From the NCBI GenBank assembly GCA_021324075.1, contig JAJPJW010000040.1, positions 2,255 through 66,254 on the forward strand: a stretch of DNA of 64,000 bases. The letters run 5' to 3'. Below the pieces are notes generated by a model. It made no database searches. It saw only the letters and a program-made list of their open reading frames with translations, and was not told the DNA's origin. This document shows positions 53,486 to 61,263 of the stretch, in pieces (position 1 is the first letter of the stretch; each line of letters starts with the position of its first letter). A program made the position numbers and the translations under genes. The stretch comes from Pseudomonadota bacterium (GTDB lineage Bacteria; Oederibacteriota; Muellerivitia; Muellerivitales; Muellerivitaceae).

Positions 53486-56392
53486 TTAGTTTGACTTAGG
53501 TTCAGAGCTTAAAAGGGGGATTTCAAATAAATCAACATCAAAAAAACATTCCGCGTTCCAGTGATTATTCACGACATTGTCTTGGGTTCCAAAACCTAGA
53601 CTCAACCCCGGGTTGGACGGAAAACCAAGGGTGACAAAAACACCAGGTTCTAAAATACGGGCAAAATTATTATTATTGAAATCATCCTGATTTTCATAAA
53701 AAGCCGTTTCTTGCAATCCGGTGAAATCAATGGCAGAGACAAATAAACCTAAAGACCATTTATCCATGCCGAGTGACCCCTCAATTCCCCAAGGATTGGA
53801 AATAGCAAAATGGTTTTCAGGAATCACATCACCTGATCGAATAAAACCAGTTCCGAAATAACTTTTCACCGACAAGCTTGTGTACCTGTGCCCAACTGGA
53901 ATGGCATCATTACTTCCATGTTGTAACTCGAACAGCGGCAAATCAACACCCGTAAATCCTAGTAAGCGCGTTTGAGCAACTTGATTTTCCGTAGCAGGAT
54001 TGAATTCTGCGCCGAATCCCAAAGAAAGGGGCAGGTTTGGAAGTCCTAACATCACGAACATTCCGGGAGAAAAGACTTCCTTAATATTTTGAGTGCTCAA
54101 TATGTCGGCATTATTATTTATTCCCTCATTCAAAAGTGCTCCCAGATCCGCAAACGAAAACAAGAGCCCCGCCGAAAAATCGGAAAAAATGAAATTACCC
54201 CAAGAAGCTTCTATCCCAACGGGCGTATTCAATGTGAACTGCGGCTCTTGATCAAATTTTATTGATTCTGAAGAACCAAAACCCATATAGCCATTGACAA
54301 GCAAATTAAAACTTGAGTTTCGCTTGATGAAAACTTCACCGGCTGGTGCGGCAATATTCTCAATGGCTTGCTTAACATCATTTGGATTCTGCGCGGTCGC
54401 TACCGTTGCGATGAAATTTCCATATTTCAACATTGGTTCCAAATCTTTATCAATAATTTGAACCAATTTCAAAGACCCTTTTGGCGACTTCTCATCGCCG
54501 AATATCCCCGAAAGGATTTCCTCGACTTTTTCCAAAGCGGCGCCATAATTGCCTTGGGATTCAAATGCATAGATGTCAGATACATCATTCACAAAAGAAG
54601 TAATACTTACTTCGTTCTTGTCTGGAAATTCCTTCTGAATAGGCTCAAAATTTTGGTCGAGCTGTAAGACATCCAAAACAACTTTTAAAACCGCTTGATA
54701 ATATTTTGAATTTAGTGTCCCAAGTTTGTTCTGAAATTGTTGTTGGATCGAGTCATCGGTTGAGTCCAGTTTTTGGTTAGCTTCGATTTCTTGGCCAATT
54801 TTTAAGTACGCTTGGTCGGCCGAGTTTAAGTCATTGGTAAACTGGATATAAAAAAGTTCACTTTGGATGGGCTTCCAATCTATACCATTCTTTGTTTCTA
54901 ATTGGATGTTGGGTTGAACTTTGGCTACTAGATCGTTTACGTAATTATCTAAAGCGCCATTTTGAAACAAAAACTCCAACTGATCTGGCGAAACCCACCC
55001 AGAAATACAATCATCGTTGCCTTTAACCCAGGCATCGTTGCCATTTAGGGAGACAGCAATATCATGGATTTTTTCCACATCCTCAAGTGTTTGGAGCGTT
55101 GTAGTTGAAGCGGGAGCTGTAACAACTGAATAAAGTTTTTCAATTTGGGCATATTCAACTGCCCGGATCGCCGCTTTATCGCCAGCCTGCATACTGGATC
55201 GATCATGCTGCAATAAAATATTCAAATTTTCCACCTGGGAAGCAAGGGTGGCATCCTGGAGCAGATTGGGACTCGATTTATTAAGTGCTATTTCTAAGGG
55301 GCTGTAAGCGTCTTGTATATTTTTTAGGGTATTTGAGTAGTTATAAAGGACGCTAATCAAAAGACCAAATTTTGATCGTCCTAAAAGACCATCTCTCCCG
55401 CTCCTGACAAGCCCCGAATGAAGATCATCGAGGATATCCAAGAGTCTTTTGTGAGCGTTGACTCCGTTACTTATGCAAGAGAAAACCCAAAATCCTCCAA
55501 TACAATCTTGAATGAAGGGCCCTTCTTTATTATCTAGATTTTTTTGGGACTCGTAATCAGGGTCTAATTCATTTTTGATATCGGGATATTTGTCCGCGAG
55601 ACTCACAATAAAATTAAACGAATTGAAGGTCAAATCTTGGCTGTCTTTTGCAAAAGCTGCTTGCCAAACGGAGCCAGCTGGCCAGGAGACCCCATCCCAT
55701 TTATTAAATAAAACATACAAATTTGGAAAAAGTACCGATATTTGTAATTCGGGTCTCAAAAAATATTTTCTGACTTCGCGCAAAAAATAAATTGATATTT
55801 CCTCTCGGAACCGCTCCTCAAGAAAATCTTCCGTACCAGATAAGATAGTTTGTTGAGACGCAACTGATCTTTTTTGCAGCGATAGATTTTCTAGATTCAA
55901 TTTATTTTCAATGGTGTTGGCTAAATCGTCATAGTTTTTCTGGGTTGGAAGATGGGTATAGGGAATAACTGGGGGTGTATTTTCTTGGGTTGGCGTTGAT
56001 TGGGTTTCATTCTTATGCCGCTTATCGGTGCCAGTTTGTCCTTTAGGAGTAGGTATAGCGATAGGCAGAAGGGTTGGACTTACAGTTGGCGTAACTTTAA
56101 TAAGCGTGTCCCAAAAAGCCGATTCTAAATGAGTATTTATGCTAGCTGAAGGATTCGCCGTAGGCGATGACGATACGATAGAAGATGTAGTTTGAGTGGT
56201 TGTGACAGGACTAGATACCGAAGCGTTGGTCCCGGGGTTGGATGAAGAAGTGACGGCGGCGGCGGGTTGAGACGGCACGGTAACAACTGTAGGAATATCT
56301 TCTGCATACAAGTGGCTTAAACTATTTGGGATATATAAAACCACGAATAATAGAAGAATTTTTTTAAACTGATTCACGTTTACTTTCTCCAT
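53486..56392 (-). CDS. Orphan 968-aa secreted protein (signal peptide, Ser/Thr/Pro-rich region, helical middle, duplicated beta-rich C-terminus)
   Basis: A long uninterrupted ORF in AT-rich DNA, where random ORFs are short. N-terminal hydrophobic signal ILLLFVVLYIPNSLSHLYA. No family recognised. Confidence 0.85.
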   Translation of the reverse strand: MEKVNVNQFKKILLLFVVLYIPNSLSHLYAEDIPTVVTVPSQPAAAVTSSSNPGTNASVSSPVTTTQTTSSIVSSSPTANPSASINTHLESAFWDTLIKVTPTVSPTLLPIAIPTPKGQTGTDKRHKNETQSTPTQENTPPVIPYTHLPTQKNYDDLANTIENKLNLENLSLQKRSVASQQTILSGTEDFLEERFREEISIYFLREVRKYFLRPELQISVLFPNLYVLFNKWDGVSWPAGSVWQAAFAKDSQDLTFNSFNFIVSLADKYPDIKNELDPDYESQKNLDNKEGPFIQDCIGGFWVFSCISNGVNAHKRLLDILDDLHSGLVRSGRDGLLGRSKFGLLISVLYNYSNTLKNIQDAYSPLEIALNKSSPNLLQDATLASQVENLNILLQHDRSSMQAGDKAAIRAVEYAQIEKLYSVVTAPASTTTLQTLEDVEKIHDIAVSLNGNDAWVKGNDDCISGWVSPDQLEFLFQNGALDNYVNDLVAKVQPNIQLETKNGIDWKPIQSELFYIQFTNDLNSADQAYLKIGQEIEANQKLDSTDDSIQQQFQNKLGTLNSKYYQAVLKVVLDVLQLDQNFEPIQKEFPDKNEVSITSFVNDVSDIYAFESQGNYGAALEKVEEILSGIFGDEKSPKGSLKLVQIIDKDLEPMLKYGNFIATVATAQNPNDVKQAIENIAAPAGEVFIKRNSSFNLLVNGYMGFGSSESIKFDQEPQFTLNTPVGIEASWGNFIFSDFSAGLLFSFADLGALLNEGINNNADILSTQNIKEVFSPGMFVMLGLPNLPLSLGFGAEFNPATENQVAQTRLLGFTGVDLPLFELQHGSNDAIPVGHRYTSLSVKSYFGTGFIRSGDVIPENHFAISNPWGIEGSLGMDKWSLGLFVSAIDFTGLQETAFYENQDDFNNNNFARILEPGVFVTLGFPSNPGLSLGFGTQDNVVNNHWNAECFFDVDLFEIPLLSSEPKSN

Positions 56393-56550
56393 AAAATTAC
56401 TTCGAATAATATATTTTTAATTGTCACGCCAAAACTTAGCTATTCTTTCAATTGCTATTGGTTTTCAAAAGTGTTGGATAACATGATTTAGGAACTCGGT
56501 TAAGAATAAATGGGGCAGGTTAACATTTAAGATTTTTCCAAAATATGTTC

Positions 56551-56985
56551 TTAACCGTTTTTCCGGTTCAAAAGTTTCGTCAATTCCTGAACAAATTTTT
56601 CGCCTTCTTCCGTTGAAATGGGTTGCCCACCCAAGGATTCTTTGGACGAACGAACCAACAAAAGACTGGGACGATAAAACCAAAAGATAATCAAAAATAG
56701 GATCCCGATGATTAATAAAGCTTCTGCGTGGCGGTGATCAGTAAGTTCAACAAACCATCCCAAAATACAAACCAACCCAATCACCACCAACAAAACATGC
56801 CTCTTCCAACCAAAGAAAATGGAATCGATTGAACTGAGCGGGATGTAACTTGTGTCTTCCCGGTAAATCCATTTTTTCGCGTGGAGCTTCACGTAATTCT
56901 CGGTGATGATGAGTCTCTGTTTTTGACCACCCACCTTTATATTCGCGGAGGTTATTTCCCCAGGTTCTATGCTGGTTTCAGTCAT
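56551..56985 (-). CDS. Small membrane protein (144 aa), PH-like N-terminus plus two helices
   Basis: AAGGAAGGA before the ATG. Hydrophobic hairpins VLLVVIGLVCILGWFV and ALLIIGILFLIIFWF. Confidence 0.65.
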   Translation of the reverse strand: MTETSIEPGEITSANIKVGGQKQRLIITENYVKLHAKKWIYREDTSYIPLSSIDSIFFGWKRHVLLVVIGLVCILGWFVELTDHRHAEALLIIGILFLIIFWFYRPSLLLVRSSKESLGGQPISTEEGEKFVQELTKLLNRKNG

Positions 56986-57055
56986 AAATCCTTCCTTTCT
57001 CTTTCGTTACCTTTCGGACTTTGGCGGCCTTGTACCTTAAGCGGAAAGACCCTTT

Positions 57056-57097
57056 AGGCGGTTACCCAAATTTCATTCGCAAAATAGGTAACCGCCT
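57056..57097 (-). terminator. 11-bp perfect inverted repeat after the BNR-protein stop (hairpin, no U-run)
   Basis: AGGCGGTTACC (57056-57066) pairs with GGTAACCGCCT (57087-57097) across a 20-nt loop, 13 nt downstream of the stop at 57110. Confidence 0.3.
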
Positions 57098-57109
57098 TTC
57101 GAGACCCCA

Positions 57110-60100
57110 TTACTTTTCGGCGGTTTGGACGGAAGCCGGGCTCTGGGCGGCCAGGACGGTCAGGAAATCCCGATAGGCTTTTTCCAAATGGGCCGCCGAA
57201 TCCAGGTTGTCCTTCATTTCCGCCAGGGCCGCCTCCAGCTTGTCCTTGGCGTCGGGCAAGGCTTGGGCCGTCTGTTCCAGGGACGGAAGAAGGGCTTTGA
57301 CCAGTGCCGGATAATCCCGTACGGAGGCTTTCCGGGTCTGGAACCGGCTGAGGTAGTCCTGCGATTCCCGCACGACCTCCCGTGAAAAAACCTTGTCTCT
57401 GAGGGCTTCGGATCCGCGGTAGGTTTCCAATCCCCATTGCACCATCTGCGGGATGTCGGCCGCATCGCCTTCCTGCTTTTGGACCATCGTCTCCATGGCG
57501 TCCAGTTTGTTCAGAAGGTTCAAATGCGCGGCCAGGGCCTGGGGCAGGTTGGAGGCGGATTTTTCAACCTGGGCCCGGGCCATCTCCAGGCCAAAGGGGT
57601 CCCCCGCGCTGCTTTTTTGGACCAGTGCCTTGATGGATTCCCCCACCGGCGCCATGCGGGTCTTCAAATAGCGCAGGTAATCTTCATTCGCCACGGCCGG
57701 GTTCTTCGCCAGTTCCACGGCATCCGCCAAACGGTCCTTCTGCTCGGGGGCGATCTGCACCAGCCGGTTGAAAACCGAAGCCTGCCTTAGGACGTTTTGC
57801 CGGACCAGGTCCGGGAGGGACATGGCCTGGGCTTCCACCAGGTAGCCGTTCACGGGCACATCCTTCACCAGCTCGTAAAAATGGACCGGCAGGCTGCCCG
57901 ATTGGCCCTTGCCGGGGTAGAGGGTGGCCTCGATCCAACGGTTCTCACCGGGCGTCATCCCTACCAGGGTCACGGTCCCATGCGACCCTGTGGTGAAGGT
58001 TTGGGGCCTGGGCCCGCCGAGCACCTTCAGGAAAAGGGGCTTGCCCGTCCCCGCCTTGAAGGAAGGGTCGATGGCCACGCCGATGACCATATCGCGGGTG
58101 AAGGTGGCCGCATTGTGGGCGAGGAAATAAGCTGACAGGCCGGGCGCGCCCGAAGTGCCGCCATAACCCAGCACCTGCATGTTGCGCTGGGCCTTGTTGT
58201 TATCGTTGATGACCCAAAGGTCCGTGTTGGGCCAGCCCGGGGCGTGCCCTGAAAGGCCCGGCGGAATGAAGGGGTCGGCGGCGGTGCTGATCTGGACCGC
58301 CAGGCAAACGTGGTCGGAAGCGCCCGAAGGCAGGTCCCACTGGAAGCCCGAGGCGGGTGTGAACTGGCTGACGCCGGCGCCGATGGACACCACCGTGCTG
58401 CCCGCGTCGAAGTAGTTGACGCCTACGCCGCCGTCCGAGTAGAGGAAGTCCAGCGTGACCGATTCGGAGGTGGTCGAAGCTTCCCGGCTCACCCGCGCGA
58501 AGGCGTAATTATGCCCCATGGCCATGGGTTGGGGGTCCTGGGAGTTGGGCTGGCCGCTGGCGTTGAAGGAGGCGGGGCCCGAACTGCGCATGTTCCAGAC
58601 GTCGCTGGTGCTGAAGAAATCCGCGCGGGTGGAAGGCTCCAACCCGTGGTCGTAGGAAGAGTAGCTGTCCGTCCAGTCCCTCACGTAAAAGTCCGAGGAG
58701 GGGTTGAGTTCGGTGGTCTTGAAGAAGAAGGGGTCGATGGAGACCGAGACGGGCGTCGTGCCGTCGCTGCCGAAAAGCGTGGCCGGCATCACGCCCGGGG
58801 CCGTGCGGTTGCGCAGGTAGGTGACCCCCGCGGGGAAGGTGGCATTGTTCGGGTCGTTGTCGGCGGAGAAAACCCCGTAAAAATTCTTGCCCACGGCCAC
58901 CATGCCCGCGTAATCGCCGATGATACGGTACTGGTTGGCGAAAAGGGCGTTCGAACCCTCGGCGGGAAAGTCCGAAAGCTCCGTATCATCCCAGGTGCCG
59001 CCGAAATAGCGGCGCAGGTGGGTCTGCCAATGGCGGTTGGGGGAACTGCCCGTGAGGATCTGGTACATATAGGCGATCTTGCCCTGGCTGTTGATGGCCA
59101 CCTCGCCGTTCTTGGCGCCCGACACGGTTAAAAGGTCCGAGGCGGCCCAGGTTTGTCCCGCGCTGAAGGATTCCCGCAGGTGCAGCGTGGCCTCGGCGGC
59201 GGAAGAATCCAGCCAGGAGATCAGCACATGCGAGGAATCGTTGGGGTCCACGGCCAGGTAAAGCTCGCCGCAGACGATCTCGTTGCCGTAGGTGGAGCTG
59301 AAATCGACCGGCACCGGCACGCTAGCGGCCACCGTCACCCCCGCCGCGCCGTTCAGGTCCGTGAAGGGCGTGGCCCCCTGGCCCCAGTTGTCGTCCCGGC
59401 GCATCATGACGTTCATGTCGTAGCCGTTGGTGATGGCCGAAAGCCTGCGGTAATAGCAGGTGTAGATGCGGCCGTCGGCCGAGGAGCGGGTGCGGCACTG
59501 GAAATTGTCCGTCAGGGTGGCGCCGGAGGTGTCGGTGGTGACCACGCTCACCGCCGCCGGTGAGGCCGTGGCGTCCATGGACTGCTCCACCTCGTTCATC
59601 GAGCCCAGGTCGTGGTCGCCGATCCAGAAGCGTTCCTTGCCCGGATCGTACCAGCCCAGCACCGTGCGGGCGTCCGTGAAGGGCTGATCCTGGGTGTAGC
59701 TCCCTTCCCAGAGGAAGGTCATGGGCGTGTTGAGCGCCGGGTCGGTGCTGCGAAGGATTTTCTCATTGTAATAACCGGGCCCCCAGAGGATGCCGAAGTA
59801 GCAGTTGCCCGTGGAGGTGGCGTAGTGGAAGGTGATGTCGCCGGTGTTGTAGCTGCCCACCGAACTGGGGAGGATGTTGTTTTCGCCCCAAGTGTTGCCG
59901 CCGTCGTAGGAAACGAAGAGCGCGCCGAAGCTGGTGGGGCCGGACACTGAGGCGAAGGCTGAGGCCCCGATGGTGAGGGGCTGGTTGGGGTTCACCGAGA
60001 TGAAGGGCTCGGTGTTGTTGAAGGTCTCGTCGCTTTGGGCGGCGGGGATCATGTCCACCACCGAGATCTGGCCGAAAACCGAGGCGGCGGGAATAAGTGC

Positions 60101-60142
60101 TAATAAGGATAGAAAAAGGATCTTCATTGGCGCGTTTTTCAT
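57110..60142 (-). CDS. Secreted BNR/Asp-box (sialidase-like propeller) protein with a helical C-terminal domain
   Basis: GGAGGA lies before ATG 60142. Signal peptide MKNAPMKILFLSLLALIPAASVFG. Asp-boxes SYDGGNTW and SFSAGQTW. The last 250 aa or so are helical. Confidence 0.8.
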   Translation of the reverse strand: MKNAPMKILFLSLLALIPAASVFGQISVVDMIPAAQSDETFNNTEPFISVNPNQPLTIGASAFASVSGPTSFGALFVSYDGGNTWGENNILPSSVGSYNTGDITFHYATSTGNCYFGILWGPGYYNEKILRSTDPALNTPMTFLWEGSYTQDQPFTDARTVLGWYDPGKERFWIGDHDLGSMNEVEQSMDATASPAAVSVVTTDTSGATLTDNFQCRTRSSADGRIYTCYYRRLSAITNGYDMNVMMRRDDNWGQGATPFTDLNGAAGVTVAASVPVPVDFSSTYGNEIVCGELYLAVDPNDSSHVLISWLDSSAAEATLHLRESFSAGQTWAASDLLTVSGAKNGEVAINSQGKIAYMYQILTGSSPNRHWQTHLRRYFGGTWDDTELSDFPAEGSNALFANQYRIIGDYAGMVAVGKNFYGVFSADNDPNNATFPAGVTYLRNRTAPGVMPATLFGSDGTTPVSVSIDPFFFKTTELNPSSDFYVRDWTDSYSSYDHGLEPSTRADFFSTSDVWNMRSSGPASFNASGQPNSQDPQPMAMGHNYAFARVSREASTTSESVTLDFLYSDGGVGVNYFDAGSTVVSIGAGVSQFTPASGFQWDLPSGASDHVCLAVQISTAADPFIPPGLSGHAPGWPNTDLWVINDNNKAQRNMQVLGYGGTSGAPGLSAYFLAHNAATFTRDMVIGVAIDPSFKAGTGKPLFLKVLGGPRPQTFTTGSHGTVTLVGMTPGENRWIEATLYPGKGQSGSLPVHFYELVKDVPVNGYLVEAQAMSLPDLVRQNVLRQASVFNRLVQIAPEQKDRLADAVELAKNPAVANEDYLRYLKTRMAPVGESIKALVQKSSAGDPFGLEMARAQVEKSASNLPQALAAHLNLLNKLDAMETMVQKQEGDAADIPQMVQWGLETYRGSEALRDKVFSREVVRESQDYLSRFQTRKASVRDYPALVKALLPSLEQTAQALPDAKDKLEAALAEMKDNLDSAAHLEKAYRDFLTVLAAQSPASVQTAEK

Positions 60143-60186
60143 AATTGTCCTCCGGGTCGGGGATAGGGATGGATTCATGGCGGGCC

Positions 60187-61014
60187 TCATGGTTTCAACT
60201 TCAGGATCAGCGCGTGGACGCGGTCCCTTTCCTCCAGGGGCCGCACGTCGGAAGGATCGACGACGAAATACCCCTTCAAACCGAAAGCCTGGGCCTTGTC
60301 CGTATGCAGCAGGAAGAGCGCCCTCTCCCCTTGGCTGAGCTTGGGCGCCTTGGCCCAATGGCTGTCGTTGTTGCGGGCGAAATAGACCGTCAGGACCGTC
60401 AGGTCGCTTTTCCCCTTTTCCACCGATTCCACCCTTACCGGGGCCTGGAACCAAACCGGGTCATGCTCTTCCTGCGGGGCGGGCACGCCTTTGGCCATCG
60501 TGGTTTCTCCTACCGTTCCCACCACCACCAGGTCCGCGTCGACCAAACGTTTTTGCGTGGACCGGTCCTGCAGGGTGATCTTGTCCCGGGCTATTTGTTG
60601 CGTTAGCAAGGCCGACTGGGAGGCGGGATGGGAAGAGAGCTCGGTGAATCCGGCGGTTTTACGGTAGGTGTAGGGGGAGGTGGAGAAAACCAGTGAATCC
60701 CCTTCTTTCACCTTTTCTTTGGGCAACAAGCGGAGGGTCACTTCCTGGCCCTTGAAGTTCCCCACGCCTTCGGTGCCGGACAAAACCTCGTCGACCCGCA
60801 CGACGGCGGTGCGGGGTTCCAACGGGATGCCTTCGGTGGACGCGTGGAGTTTCACCACTGTTCCCCGGAAGACATAGCCGGAGGAGGCGGGAGTGGATGT
60901 CGCTTTGGCGGCCGATAGCCCAAGAAGAAAGAGAAAGGTGGACGTAAAAAGGAAGGCCAAGGGACCGGATCGAAGCCGGCTATAGAGAAAATTTATTTTT
61001 GCCGCATGTTTCAT
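60187..61014 (-). CDS. Secreted hypothetical protein (275 aa)
   Basis: GGGAGGGG before the ATG, hydrophobic signal LAFLFTSTFLFLLGLSAAKA. It lies 44 nt upstream of the BNR gene. Confidence 0.65.
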   Translation of the reverse strand: MKHAAKINFLYSRLRSGPLAFLFTSTFLFLLGLSAAKATSTPASSGYVFRGTVVKLHASTEGIPLEPRTAVVRVDEVLSGTEGVGNFKGQEVTLRLLPKEKVKEGDSLVFSTSPYTYRKTAGFTELSSHPASQSALLTQQIARDKITLQDRSTQKRLVDADLVVVGTVGETTMAKGVPAPQEEHDPVWFQAPVRVESVEKGKSDLTVLTVYFARNNDSHWAKAPKLSQGERALFLLHTDKAQAFGLKGYFVVDPSDVRPLEERDRVHALILKLKP

Positions 61015-61263
61015 ATACCCCTCCCGTTGCGAATTCCGACGGGGAATTCTATCCCAGGGTGGGCAAGTGGAAGAAAATTAATCGTAAACAATGAAGCAAA
61101 ATTAAAAAAAGAACATTTTATGTCTCAATTGAACTGTGTCGGAGAGACGCGGGGAGAAAAACTGGTGGGGGAGGATGATTTGCCGGGTGAATCAACCGGT
61201 GGTTTTCCGGTTGATACCGTTATCACTAGGCTGCCGGATCCCTCATCTGGGAAACCGGAACGG

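Larger units (their letters stand above)
53300..57100. other. AT-rich compositional island (probable horizontally acquired segment)
   Basis: Visibly AT-rich DNA and Asn/Lys/Ile/Ser-rich proteins set between GC-rich flanks. An 11-bp perfect inverted repeat lies at the right border (57056-57097). Confidence 0.5.

Noticed and set aside
60143-60454. 104-aa N-terminal extension of the BNR-protein ORF in the track
   Set aside because: The extension is Gly/Arg/Pro-rich and overlaps the upstream gene. ATG 60142 has a GGAGGA site and starts a proper signal peptide.
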